Shown here piece by piece: positions 1-12,967 of a stretch of DNA of 64,000 nucleotides. Made by a program: the position numbers and the translations under genes. This DNA is from Octopus sinensis. Its lineage: Eukaryota. The first letter of the stretch is position 1. Every line of letters starts with the position of its first letter. The notes under the pieces were generated by a model. The model was not told the DNA's origin and did not search any database. It worked only from the letters and a program-made list of their open reading frames with translations. The DNA is taken from contig NC_043009.1 in NCBI RefSeq assembly GCF_006345805.1, positions 48,608,001 to 48,672,000 on the forward strand, given 5' to 3'.

Positions 1-561
1 TTTGTCGTGTCAGCATTAAATTTATTTGGGAAAGTGAATAAAGTTTTAGAAAATTAAGCTATCAAGAAAACAATTCGTTGAAACATGAATTTTTTTAGCA
101 GCCTCTTTTAGCAGCCAGTACGAGTGAGAGGAGGAGAGAGGATGAAGTGGAAAGGAGCCACAAGGTCGGGCGGGAAATTGAAAAAAGAACTGGTTTTAAT
201 ACGAAGATGTTGCATAACAATTATTGTAGCAATAAATCTTCTGCTTCGGGTTTGTCTTAATCAATACCTTAAGAAATTTCAGACAGAAGCGGATTGTTTG
301 AGAAAGGAACGGAAAAGGAAAAATCGTGTCAGTAAATTAAATGTCTGTGTGTATCCATGTGTAAGTATGCATGTATGTATGTATGTATGTATGTATGTAT
401 GTATGTATGTATGTGTGTATGTATGTATGTATGTATGGATGGACGGATGGATGCATTAATGTACATACATATATATATATATATATAGAATATATATATA
501 TATATATATTATGTATGTATGTATATATGCGTATATATGTATAAATATATGCATATATGTA

Positions 562-1898
562 GAGGGATGGCCATAATGATGGGAAACATTTTAAGTGCTT
601 GTATCATGGATTATAAAAGTAACATCGCGTATCAAATATATTTATTGTATAACTGATATACAGCAGTTCGATACAATATCTGAGATTACATCCTGGAGAT
701 GGTCACCACCCCGAAAAGAATATTCACGAGCTTGCTTTCTCATATCAAGCACACTGCGGTGCAGCATATCGATCGGAATGGCTGAAATCGCTCTACAGAT
801 GCTTTGTTTTAGTTCCTATGGAATATTCTTGTATGTACTCTTTGAGGTAACTCCACAGAAAATAGTCCACGGGGGTTAGATCCGGTAATCTGGAAGGCCA
901 ACGGATATCACCAAATCTCGAAATGAGATGTCCAGGGAATTTTTCTCGATGTGTTGTCATTGAGAGTTGCGCTGTGTGACCAGTGGCACCAACTTTTTGC
1001 GTTCTCATCTGTGTCAGGGCAAGCCTTTGTATCTCGGAGAAAAGGTCTTCAGCATACGGTTACCGTTACAGTTGGCGTTGCCGTTACTGTTTTACAGCTG
1101 CACCATGTTGTCCTCAAAAAATTTAAAATAAATCTCACATGCAAATGTCACTGCACACCACACTGTAACGCTATCACTGTGTAAAAAGCCTTTCATGCCC
1201 GACTTGAGGACTTTCACAACCCCAAGACCCACAGGTTTCTTTATTAACGTAACCAGAAAGGTTAACTGGAGCTTCATCTGATGTGATCAAGCCATGAACA
1301 TATTTACAAAACAAACACTAAAAGTCTTTCGTTGCACCTTGTCTTGTAGAAGCAATTGATGCACAAGCTGTACCTTACACGGATACAAGTGTAGGTCTTG
1401 TTTTAAAAGTATTCTGACACTGGTTCAAGAAATATCCAACCGTTGAGCCAATCGACGCGTGAACTTCGAGGGACTTTGTACAATAGCGTTCCCCCACACT
1501 TTGGCACTTCCCTGCACCACCAGACGTTCGATGCCGACCTGGAGTCTTTTTCTTCTCGGTGTCGCTTCTCTCAAGGAAGTTTGTAACAGCACGCAAGAGC
1601 AACTTTCGGGCTGGTGTATTTCAATTTATAAAATGCTGTCAAAATTTTCTTTGGGTTGCAACGATGGATCTTTGGTCTCGTGAAGTATGCTTCGACCACG
1701 TATGTAAATTTTCTTTTTGAATTCACGACATTATGAGGGTCACCAACACCAATTACCTGTAAAAAAATATATAATCTTACATAATATATTGAACTCCTGT
1801 ATATCATTTATATAATAAATATATTTGGTACACTGTGCCATTTATATAATCCAAGATACTAGCATTTAAAATGTGTCCCATAATTAAGGCCCACCCTG
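562..1898 (-). mobile_element. Tc1/mariner-superfamily DNA transposon, full length but decayed (rosa/maT-like)
   Basis: Imperfect ~55-bp TIRs: left GAGGGATGGCCATAATGATGGGAAACATTTTAAGTGC vs reverse complement of right CAGGGTGGGCCTTAATTATGGGACACATTTTAAATGC. TA on both sides (560-561, 1899-1900); length ~1.34 kb. Minus-strand peptide WPSRLPDLTPVDYFLWSYLK matches the WPPRSPDLTPxDFFLWGYLK motif. Confidence 0.88.
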
Positions 1899-2812
1899 TA
1901 TGTGTACCACACAATCCCCTCAAATCTAGACACGGATATCTTAGCGTTAACTAACATTCATAAGATTATCTTTGAAGAAAAACAACCAACATCATTATAA
2001 TTTGGCTCCACAGACCTTAAATTAACAAACACTTTTCACTATACTAGAATGAAGGACAACTCAGAATATGGATATTAGGACATAAAAATTCACAAACAAG
2101 CATAACAATAATGTATTCCCATCATCTGTTGCCAAACGGGTATCACTATGATTTCGACACCTAGACAGTACCATTCTATCTGATGGTGTCAACAACCTTA
2201 AAACATAAACGCTGCCTGAGAACGAGACATTAGCATGGTATGTTCAAAGATTTGTTGTTACTATAAGTAACAACATCAAAGAAAATAATATAAAATTATA
2301 GTTACATAGCAGTACCAATACAACAAAGAACTTGTTTCGATAAAAGATAAGGTTATCTTAAAATTTATAATCCAAATGGACAAGTAAACTAAACAAGGTA
2401 TAAAAAAAAACCTACGCAATTTCCGATACTCGACATGATAACAGCAAGCCAAGGAACAGCAAACGAAAGAATTTAAAATATGATATATAGTCTACACAGT
2501 GGACATTGACCAGTAGATACGCCGTTTATCAATCTATATCACATGACAATCACTTACTCTGGCCCAAAAAGAACTTAATAAAAATGTAGTGAAACAGTAT
2601 ATCTCATAACTAAAGTCCTCGAATAATGTATAAAGAAAAAGACAAGCATAGATCGATATCCATAAAATATGTTCAATATTATATCATAAAATAAGTGAAT
2701 AAATTACAACTACAAGTATATAAATGTAATATATTATATGTAATATATATATATATATATAATATATTATATATATATCTATATATATATATCTATATTA
2801 TATATATAATAT

Positions 2813-2904
2813 TATAAAAGGGCTTAGTAAAATAAATTACTTTGCCGCATACTGAACTCATTAGAAATAGTAGCTAAAAAAACTTTTTAAAAACTATTTC
2901 TAAT
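2813..2904. repeat. Short interspersed repeat; inverted second copy at 6125-6216
   Basis: AAAAGGGCTTAGTAAAATAAATTACTTTGCCGCATACTGAACTCATTAGAAATAG... recurs as its reverse complement at 6125-6216. Both copies abut (TA)n. Confidence 0.8.
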
Positions 2905-2917
2905 ACTTAAAGAAAAC

Positions 2918-2961
<44 letters not shown>

Positions 2962-3059
2962 TGTACGTATGTATATTATAAATATATATAAATATAAGTA
3001 GTATATATGTATGAATGTATGTATACATACGTATATATATATATATATATATTATATAT

Positions 3060-3092
<33 letters not shown>

Positions 3093-3253
3093 CAATATTA
3101 ACAATTAAAAATAAGGGCAAAGAAAATTTCTATGCCAATATGTGAAAAACAGACCTTAAGTCGTCAATCACCACATACAATATACATAATTATAAATACA
3201 CATCTTGTTGAAATCGAGGAAAGCAAGTTAAGATATTTTTTTTCAGATGCATT

Positions 3254-3314
3254 ATCTCTGTATCGAACGATTTCGGGATTAATTCAACGGATTGTTCCAC
3301 TCATCGGTAGAGAA
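3254..3314 (-). ncRNA. Type I hammerhead ribozyme motif, variant core
   Basis: Minus strand reads TCTCTA-CCGATGA-G...CCC-GAAA-TCGTTCGA-TA-CAGAGA. Helix III is ATCG/CGAT, cleavage triplet AUA, helix I TCTCT/AGAGA with a closing mismatch. Confidence 0.55.
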
Positions 3315-3559
3315 TACGATAATATATAAATGAAATACTTACAAGCACCCATGGAAAAAAACAGAAGCAAAAGTCATGTGTATACATAAGTACTCCAAAT
3401 ATATCTAAATATAAATTCCGTAGCGAGCCTCAATACACGTTAATTATAATTGTTTATAATTTTCACCTTAAAAGGTACTTTAATATGCTGGCCACTTGAT
3501 GAAATATTTTGAAAAAATGTTATCCTATATTAGAAGCATATTTAGATGTATATAGTTCA

Positions 3560-3720
3560 AATTTACAGAAAACAAAAGACGAAGGCAGTTTAAGGAGCAA
3601 CAAGCAGGTGTATTAGTTTAATGCTCGGGAAGAATGGAAATATCTTTGATGTTTGAAGTCTACGCTCCTCGACAGAAAGGATTAAGAAGTAAAAAAGAAC
3701 GGAGAGATAATGAAAATGCG
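3560..3720 (-). mobile_element. Short hammerhead-bearing repeat (Penelope pLTR-like), decayed copy
   Basis: Homologous to 24600-24760 and 50095-50225; hammerhead remnant at 3642-3680. Confidence 0.55.
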
Positions 3721-4048
3721 TAGGGATTAACAGTTCAACATAATGGCATATATATATCTTGTGTGTACAGTTAGATGTTCGACTTCTACTCTATGATTTA
3801 GAGCTCCACGTAGTTCATTATCATCCGATCTACTTCCAGTATAGTAGTTAGACTACCACCGTGCTTTTTAATGTTACTGGTTATGATATACAGCGCATAT
3901 ATAAATTAAAATAAATCGGAATATAAATGATTAGTTCCTTTGCAATTTTCGCCATACCAGTTATTTAGAATTCAGCAATGGATGTTCTAAATGCGAGTGG
4001 GTATCTAGCTTCAACGGATCATTGAGCAGAATGCGCTAAATTGTTCTC

Positions 4049-4172
4049 CTGCTCGGGGAAAGGGAACGTGAAACTCTGAGTAATAATTTTTGAAGATTGT
4101 TGCCGCTTTAACACAAGCACACTACTCTACCTTCAGTTGTTAGTGTACTATTTTCCCCTCCTTGTTTTGCAT
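4049..4172 (+). mobile_element. Short hammerhead-bearing repeat, same family as the 50830-51049 fold-back
   Basis: GGGAACGTGAAACTCTGAGTA plus the downstream AAGCACACTACTCTACC...CCTTGTTT match the reverse complement of 50830-50953. Confidence 0.6.
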
Positions 4173-4405
4173 ATACCGCTAAACATTTTGTCCAGTGTGC
4201 TATCAGACGGGCAGGCATGATGGGTATACTGAATTCCGTATATTTTCTATAATATAAAAAGTATTGAGGTAACAATCCTTGAAATTTAAATTTTAAACCA
4301 GTTGAAGACGCACAAGATGATGAAATATCGTTCACTAGATAACGTAGGCACTCTTCTTTTAATTTTGACTCTATACTATTATTACAATATAATCCTTTAT
4401 TATTA

Positions 4406-4448
<43 letters not shown>

Positions 4449-4452
<4 letters not shown>

Positions 4453-5032
4453 TAGTTTTATTTTTATAGCGTGCTTTCACTTCACTACCGAGCGCAGCTC
4501 TGTGTGCCTTAGGTATGTGCTGTGATTTGTTGTGATTCTCTGATGTTTATTGTATGGAAAGTGTTCTGCGTAGGATGTGTGCAGTGCCTAGTAGTGCAAT
4601 TTTCTGTATGTTATATGTGTTTGTAAGTCTGGTGTTTTTGTTATTATTTGTCTGAATATTTTTTTATCATGCCTAATGCACCTACTATGATAGGAATTGT
4701 TTCTGTTTTCAGATTCCACATTCTAGTTACCTCTATTCCAGATCTTTGTATTTGAGAGTTTCCCATTTCTTTTAGAGACACGTTGTCATCTGCCGGTATT
4801 GATACATCAATTAGAAAGCATTTTTTTTTCTTCATGATCTCTGACAACTATATCTGGTCTGTTGGCCTTAATTTCTCTATCTGTGTGTATCAGCATATCC
4901 CAGAGTATGATTGCTTTCTCGTTTTCTGTGACCTTTTCTGGTGTGTGCCTATACCATCTTTTTTCTGTTGTTATTCCATAATGTTGGCATAGCTTCCAAT
5001 GCATGTAGGTTCCAACTCTGTCATGTCTGTGA
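4449..5032 (-). mobile_element. R4/Dong-clade (RLE-type) non-LTR retrotransposon, 3' fragment
   Basis: HRHDRV...LWD..IHTDREIKANRPDIVV...LIDVSIP.D.NV..KE...IIVGALG and LLGTAHILRR: the RHD motif and PD..D restriction-like endonuclease. Flanked by (TAA/ATT)n on both sides. Confidence 0.88.
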
Positions 5033-5033
5033 A

Positions 5034-5079
<46 letters not shown>

Positions 5080-5159
5080 GTTGTTGTTGTTATTGATGTT
5101 GTTGTTGTTGCTGTTGTTGTTGTTGTTGTTGTTGTTGCAGTTGTTTTTGCAAGTCAACG

Positions 5160-5379
5160 CGCCATGGCACTATCATTAGCACATCGGGCAAAATTGTTAG
5201 CGGTGTTTCGTCTGTCTTTATGTTCTAAATTCAAATTCTGCCGAGGTCGACCTTACCTTTCGTCATTTCGAGGTCGATAAAGTAGGTACCAGTTGAGCAC
5301 GGGGGTCGATGTAGTCGGCTTACTTCTCCTTCCCACCCCAACTCCCAAACATGCAGGCCTTGAACCAAGATACGAAAGC

Positions 5380-5380
<1 letters not shown>
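5160..5380 (+). mobile_element. SINE family 1, tail type A
   Basis: tRNA-like head, central CCGAGGTCGAC...TTTCGAGGTCGATAAA..GTACCAGT domain, GGCCTTG tail ending in (ATT)n. Confidence 0.75.
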
Positions 5381-5410
<30 letters not shown>

Positions 5411-5458
5411 TATTATTATTCTCATATTTATTATTATTTATTATCATTATTATTATTA

Positions 5459-5502
<44 letters not shown>

Positions 5503-5504
5503 AT

Positions 5505-5750
5505 TACTATCATTTTGTGTTTAACTTTTGTACAGGTTGTTTCCAAAGTTCACCCAGAGACCTCAAGAGACAACAAGTTGGAAGTTCATGTTGGCGTTAT
5601 GCCTAGGGTGCCATATATTTGGTTTAGTACATAGTCTTGTTCTAGAGAATGTTTAAGAAACCACAAGAAAATTGCTTGTTTTAAAATTTAAGATTACATA
5701 GAAAGTATTTTGTTTTGGATATGGGCAGTTCCCATGAGCACTATCATTTG
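5505..5750 (-). mobile_element. Second R4/Dong-like 3' end with a different 3' UTR
   Basis: Minus strand encodes IVLMGTAHIQNKILSM*, homologous to the C-terminus at ~4560. Embedded in (ATT)n. Confidence 0.6.
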
Positions 5751-5771
5751 AATTTATTATTATTGTTGTTG

Positions 5772-5802
<31 letters not shown>

Positions 5803-6879
5803 ATATTATTATTATTTATTTTTTATTATTTTATCATCATCAATATTATTATTCTATTATCATTATTATTATTATTATTAGTATATTATATTATATTATT
5901 ATTATTATTATACTAATTCGTAAATATAACAGCGAAAAATATTATAAATACGGGTCGTAATAGAAAGACAGGATACGATCCGAGAGCAAGGGAAGTAACT
6001 AAATTAAGCTTAAAGGAAACACAACACATCCAACACGAAGTTTTTTACAATGATGGAACTAAGTTATATAAAGATGCTAACGTTAATGCAAGAATATGAA
6101 AATATTGACGTATATATATATATATATTAGAAATAGCCTTAAAAAAGTTTTTTAGCTGCTATTTCTAATGAGTTCAGTATGCGGCAAAGTAATTTATTTT
6201 ACTAAGCCCTTTTATATAATGTAATAATTTGAATTCGCCTTGAATGGTCCCTTTGCATACTGAACACTTGGTGAAATTGATTAATAATTAATTAATTTTG
6301 CCCTCAATTGTTGAAATTATATATATATATACAGAATCAGGTTGAACGGAAATACTGTCAGAGGAAAAATAAGTCACAACACACAGTTTACAATGTTGTT
6401 TATGAAGAAAAAAAAAGAAAAATAGTAACAGGGAAAAATGTTACATTTAATTTGAACACCATAAATAGTAGTTTAAGCAATTTAAGATTAAATATCTTAA
6501 GTCGCTTATTTCCTGACAATACAAGACTTGTACACAATGACAACACAATCTCTATAATAGCATTTACACGTGTATACAAAAAAATGAGGTTTTATTCACA
6601 TTTTAAATATAACAATGTTTCTTTGAGATATTTAAGCATGCTAAGTGTGTATGATTTAGTTTTGATTTTTAAAAATTTTTTCTTCTTTTTCAACTGACGT
6701 ATTTCCTTATTTTTTTCATTTTTATTCTTCACTTCTACTTTTTTTTCTTTGTTCAGTGAACTTTTTATTTTTTCCTTGATTCGTTATTAGAATTCCCGAT
6801 GATTCTGTTAAATTGGAATGCCGGATATGCAATAGAAGAATGAGCTAATGTAAGGATACAAATATATACATATATAAAA

Positions 6880-7146
6880 GCATATATATATATATATATA
6901 TATACATATATGTGTGTATATATATATAGATAAGTGTATATATATATATATTATATATATATATATAGATATATATATATATATATATAATATATATATA
7001 TATATATTATATATATATATGCATACATATATACATATACATACTTATATGTATATGTATATATATATATATACATATATGTGTGTATATATATATAGAT
7101 ATATATATATATATACATATATGTGTGTATATATATATATATATGT

Positions 7147-7202
<56 letters not shown>

Positions 7203-7851
7203 ATAGATATATATATATTATATATATATATATATATTATATTTATAACATTCACTGTGTAAGTTCTGTATGTAAAATGAAAGTTTTAAGGATAGTAATA
7301 TGTGAGTCATAATAGTCTTTTTGAAAAAAGAAGAATGTTAAGCTAAATACAGGCGTGAACTGATGGAAATGTTGATGAAAACGGAGTGGAATGTGAAGTC
7401 AGTACAAAAGGATTAAGTGTTATATATTATGTGCAATATATAGAGGGAAGAGGAATACGGCAGTAGAAGAATTTTTAATGCTATCGTTAAAAAAAATTAT
7501 TTTGACAGAAATATGAATGATTGGTGTTTAACACCTTATACAATGGAAGATCACTCTAAAAGATACGGTTGACATTTTTGTTTTAAATAATGAGCGTTAT
7601 TGACTGGCTTTTATTTCATTACAGATATAAAAAAAACTATTTATTAGCAGAAATTTGAAGTTCCGAGATATTTGTTCTTGAAGACATCTAATTAAGTTGG
7701 TATATGGTGCGTGGTGGTCCACCGGCTTCCAAAGTTAAGACCTATGTTTGGAATATAAATATCTGAAGATTTTTTCTCTGACAAAGCATTACACCTACAG
7801 CAGTTCCATGTTTCTATACACACCTATATAACGTATCTATCTATCTTTCTT

Positions 7852-7947
<96 letters not shown>

Positions 7948-7962
7948 CTTTCTTTCTTTCTT

Positions 7963-8005
<43 letters not shown>

Positions 8006-8035
8006 GTCTGTCTATCTATCTATCTACATATATAT

Positions 8036-8069
<34 letters not shown>

Positions 8070-8293
8070 GATATATATATATATATATCTATATATATAT
8101 ATATATATATGCATATATACATACGTATATGCACAAACTTACATCTATACGTATATATATATATATATATACACACATACATATATATATAATATATAAA
8201 TACATACACCTATATATGCACATATATACATGTATGCATATATATACATAATTCTAGCACACTCATATATGTATATATATATATATATATGCC

Positions 8294-8336
<43 letters not shown>

Positions 8337-8340
8337 CATC
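6880..8340. repeat. (TA)n and (TATC)n microsatellite blocks, representative of dozens across the window
   Basis: Directly visible. These blocks generate the YIYI/LSIY/VCVC ORFs. Confidence 0.95.
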
Positions 8341-9030
8341 TGGACCTATGATAGTTATAGTTCACCTCACGTAGACGAGTTACATTGTCATCAAAATCAC
8401 TTACAATTCTCTACCCAGGAGGGAGTATTCTCTCGATCGCACAAAAGGCGGACAAGAACCAGAAGTGTCTACGAGAACTGCTTAGTTGAACATTCAAGTA
8501 AAAAAATTTTAAAGAACCGATGCACACACAAAACACCTGATTTTTTATATGGGACACGGAATAGCAAAAAAAAAAAAAATCCTGATCTGTTGTAGAGGTC
8601 ATCTGTCAAAAATATTTCCTCCAATACTGTTGAAAAAAGATAATATGATAAGTGAATCAGAGCAGAACTTTCATCTCTTATTTTTTCACTACATTGTTTC
8701 CTATTGCCGAACGTGCAGTGGACACTTGCTTCAAAGCATGTAACTGACGGAAGTTTAAAAAAGAATGCAAAAGATAATATGAAGCATGTTGTATCGCATG
8801 AACAGAATTTAATTTGCTTTTGGTTCAATGAAGATTTGTGAAACATTCTTAAGATTCTCAATTTGAGTTTTCTGTAATGAACAGATACACTTCAACACAT
8901 CTGCATGACATGGCATACACACAAACAAATGAGTAACACCATCATTCACATACTAAAGAGACACTTCCAGATAGTTTCTGAAAGCAAATACATTCATACG
9001 TACATCGTCATTATACGTATGCATTGACGG

Positions 9031-9257
9031 TGTCGAGCTGGCAGAATAGTTAGCACGCCGGCCGATATGCTTAGCAGCATTTCGTCTGCCGTTACGTTCC
9101 GAGTTCATATTTTGCCGACGTGGACTTTGCCTTTCATCCTTTCAGGGTCGATTAAATAAGTACCACATACGCACTGGTGTTGATGTAATCGACTTAATCC
9201 CTATGCCTGTCCTTGTTTTCCCCCTCTGTGTTTAGCTCCCTGTTGGAAATAAACAAA
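9031..9257 (+). mobile_element. SINE family 1 monomer, Tx1-type tail (B)
   Basis: Full head GAGCTGGCAGAA..TTAGCACGCCGG, central domain and tail TGTGTTTAGCTCCCTGTTGGAAATAAACAAA. Diverged TSD ATTATACGTA(T/C)G. Confidence 0.85.
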
Positions 9258-9600
9258 TTATACGTACGAATAGCTTATATTAAAAATTCTCAAACCACGG
9301 GAGATCTTTTCACATAAAAGCCTTGTAGGTACCTCATTTGAATTTTATCCATAGATATATAGTCACTGTTTTATAACATATTATAGAGACAGAGTATTCC
9401 ACACATTGCACTCATAAAGTAATCCCGAGTGACTTACGTGCGAAAACTCACAAACACAGATGTGTGGACAGAAAATTACGTGACATGAAACAAAAAAAAA
9501 ACGGAAAAAAGCATTCTGTTGTAAAAATTGCCGGCAACGATAGGCTACTCAGATAGTGTGCTTGTGTTTCTGTGTGTGTATGTGGTATGTGTGTGTGCAT

Positions 9601-9641
<41 letters not shown>

Positions 9642-9740
9642 GGGTTCAGCAAAAAATTTGCTTCACCACATACCGAAATTGAGCAACCCACGAAGGCAAA
9701 ATAACGAAGAAAAAATAACGAATTCACTCGGATTAGATTA

Positions 9741-9825
9741 ACTGTAGACGCGTTTCGGAATTAGATAGATGTGAAAAATGCAAAAACCACATTTTCATTC
9801 TATCATTCTCGCTCTTCAGTACAGT
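9741..9825 (-). ncRNA. Type I hammerhead ribozyme with canonical core
   Basis: Minus strand reads ACTGTA-CTGAAGA-[long helix II]-GAAA-CGCG-TC-TACAGT: 6-bp helix I, palindromic helix III ACGCGT, GUC cleavage triplet. Confidence 0.8.
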
Positions 9826-10026
9826 ATTTCAAGATTTTAAATTTGAGGGCACTGTAAAAAATTGAACATACCTTATCTGACCAAGCGACATTATATATAA
9901 ACTTGTTAGCAGTTCGAACGTGTTAGAGACGTACTGGAAACCGCATCATTGCCATTCAATCTATTTTTCTGTTATGAAGAAAACGTCTCGGTTTCGACAG
10001 ATAAGTGTAAATACAATAAGTCAGGT

Positions 10027-10321
10027 GGAGGCGCAATGGCCCAGTGGTTAGGGCAGTGGACTCGCGGTCGTAGGATCGCGGCTTCGATTCCCAGACCGAG
10101 CGTTGTGTGTGTTTATTGAGTGAAAACACCTAAAAGCTCCACGAACTCCGGCAGTGGGTAGTGATCGCTACTGTACTCTTTCACCACTCTTTCTCTCACT
10201 CTTCTGTTGGCCTGCTCGCTTAGCCAGCGGAGTGGCGTCATTCGAAGGCTAAAACAATGCGAACGCATTGTTACCAGCGATGTGTAGCAACATTTAAAGG
10301 TCTGGCCGGTCATGTGATCAC
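10027..10321 (+). mobile_element. SINE family 3 (tRNA-derived)
   Basis: A box TGGCCCAGTGG and B-box-like TTCGATTCC. 13-bp TSD CAATAAGTCAGGT / CAATAAGTTAGAT. Further copies at 39757 and 43060. Confidence 0.88.
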
Positions 10322-11197
10322 AATAAGTTAGATCGCGGTGCTCCCTAACCAGGCTGTGGAATCCATGCATTTCGGAGAGGTTGTCAAATACGTTCCCTCC
10401 TTGGTTTTGAACTTATAACTGCAGCCTTTTTAAGATGCTTCGACAGTGTACATGTAAGGCATCTACTAATCAAATTCCAAGAGTACAAGACACTGAAACT
10501 TGGTGATACACACTGAGATCGAACCTGGGTCACTACGATTCCTAATCTAACTTCTTAACCATTTCCCCATGACTGCGTATACAACACACATACATACGAT
10601 TGCAATCCGCTACAATTTCACTAACACATAAATATACCATACGATAATAGTGAAAAACACATGCATGTGTCTATAATTATACACACTGGCACACGCATAC
10701 TCACACACACTCACACACACACATTCACACACACATATATATATATATATACACTGAACATGTACAGATACTCACACATTCACAAAATACACACTGTGTA
10801 TACAAGCACACATATACAAGATATAGGGATATTGATACGCACATGGAAATACCCGCCCATACGTATATACACGCACGAAAATATACGATTCAAGACATAA
10901 TTACAAACTAGATTGATCTTTCTCATATTATTTTTCGTTCGACCGCTCTCTCTCTCTCTCTCTTTTTCTCTCCCTCTCTCTCTTTCTCAGTATATCTGTG
11001 TGCATGTGGATGTGTCAGTCACTTTGTTGCTGAAGCATGCTCGCATATGCATATACATACGCTTAATCGTACACGTGGTCAAACAGAGAGATGAACACAT
11101 AGTCACACAAGTATAACAACGCATTGGTGCAAAAAATTAAAACCTGTCAACGCTCTGAACTCCCAAACATAGCCACACGCGTGTGAAACCTATATAC

Positions 11198-11228
<31 letters not shown>

Positions 11229-11232
11229 AGTG

Positions 11233-11268
<36 letters not shown>

Positions 11269-11844
11269 TGTATGTATGTATGTTATGTATATGTATGTAT
11301 GTATGTATGTTGTATGTATGTATGTATGTATGTATGCATGTATGTATGTGGGTGTTTGGGTGTAATGAGGGGCGTGGCTTATTGGTTTGAATGTGGTACT
11401 CACGATCGTAAGAATCTGATTTCGATTCCTCGATGGGGTAGTGCGATATGTTCTTGAGTATAACACCTCATTTTACGTGGGTCTAGTCCGCTCCAAAAAA
11501 TGGGTAATGCTCTGTGAAACCCATATATTTTTTGACGAAACTATGTCCTTAGTTGTAGTGTCTACGGTGGCTTTATAAATGATGGCCTCGGTCATACAAG
11601 CTCCATGTTGCGGGCACAAATTTTTAACCCTGCAGGAACAACCGGCTTCATTTATTTGTTTTTGTTTGTTGTGTGCAATTATATTTTTAAAGTTAGTAGT
11701 AGAACTTAAACTAAGTTATGCCTATTAAAGAGCTTTCTATTCTTATGATTGATTGGCAAATACCTATCTATAAGGGATAAGAAGTATCTACCTATGGAAC
11801 CACCGTAGACTCTTCAACAACTAAGGACATTACTTTCTTCAAAG

Positions 11845-12170
11845 AAATATGTGGGTCCCACAGAGGGAAATTTTAAAGCCAGGTTCAACAATCACACCTT
11901 AAGCTGCCGACACTGGGATAAAAGGAAAACAACCAAATTATCCAGTTATATATGGTCCTTAAAAGAAAAAGATGTCAAATATAAGATACACTGGAAGATC
12001 TTGAACAAATGTAAGCCTTGCACCAATGGCAGTGGAAAGTGCAGTCTTTGCGATATGGAAAGATGGGTTATCTGGAAAAGAGTTCTTTAGACCACTCTAC
12101 GTGTCTAAATCCAAGAACTGAACTTTTTAGGTCATGTCCACATACGGCAAAACATTTGCTATGTTTTTGA
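11845..12170 (+). mobile_element. Penelope-like element, GIY-YIG endonuclease C-terminal fragment
   Basis: YVGPTEGNFKARFNNH...LSSYIWSLK...WKIL...CSLC..E, then LNPRTELFRSCPH. This is the typical C-terminus of marine-invertebrate PLEs. Confidence 0.85.
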
Positions 12171-12757
12171 ACCCCCAAGATCACAGACAGAACCTGCTTT
12201 TTATATTATATAATGTCCACGTATAAGCCTTTTACATGTCTTAACATCCCTCATAATTTTATATACTTTTTATATATATTTTATTACTTTATATATTTTT
12301 TCTGTATATTATGTAACTTATACGCGTGTGCTATATACCTAAAGTATAAGTACGTGCATATATACATTGTATATGAATGATTATATATATAGGAGTGCAA
12401 GACTCTACCTGTTTTACTTGTCTCTTTCCTTCATGCACTCATATATGTTTGTATATCTGTTATATGTCTGCAGTTATAGATGTGTTTGTCAGACAGGGGC
12501 AGGTATATTTGTGTATATACATATATAACTCATTTGTATATTCAAGTTTTGCGGCGAGGGTGAATGTTTTACGGTTTATTATTTTTTTGCGTATGAAAAC
12601 ACGTATATAAAAATACACCCGCTACATGCAAAGACAGTAGGACGCATATACTTTAGTCTATTCACATATCTACCCCATATAAACACTCGCAGACACGCAT
12701 ACGTACCCTTAAACATTTGTAACATAAACACAGTCAGGCTCACGCGCACATGAACAT

Positions 12758-12967
12758 CGTATCAGGAGAATTACCCCCGAGTACAATAACCACCCCCATA
12801 GGACCATTCACCCCGACGACAACTACCCTCTAGGACAATTACCGCACCTGGTTAATTAACTCCTCTACAATATATTAAAAAGTTTTTAATCATCGTCTAT
12901 TCTCCTCAGGGTTAATTGTTCTTGGGGTGGGGCTTATTGTCCATGGTGGACGTATGTCCTAGATTCC
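12758..12967. mobile_element. MITE with subterminal repeats (MULE-like)
   Basis: Left GGACAATTACC-like repeats are mirrored by right GGTTAATTGT(T/C)C repeats. Flanking 8-9 bp TSD CATGAACAT / CATGAATAT. Confidence 0.55.

Noticed and set aside
1920-2700. Possible Penelope RT remnant
   Set aside because: Only faint LDIKI-like similarity; not supportable without alignment.
9031-9257. Absolute site specificity of tail-B SINEs
   Set aside because: This copy and the one at 57411 sit outside the SINE target, so any targeting is a preference and not exclusive.
10027-10100. tRNA gene
   Set aside because: A and B boxes are present but continue into a multi-copy body with a TSD, so this is a SINE head.
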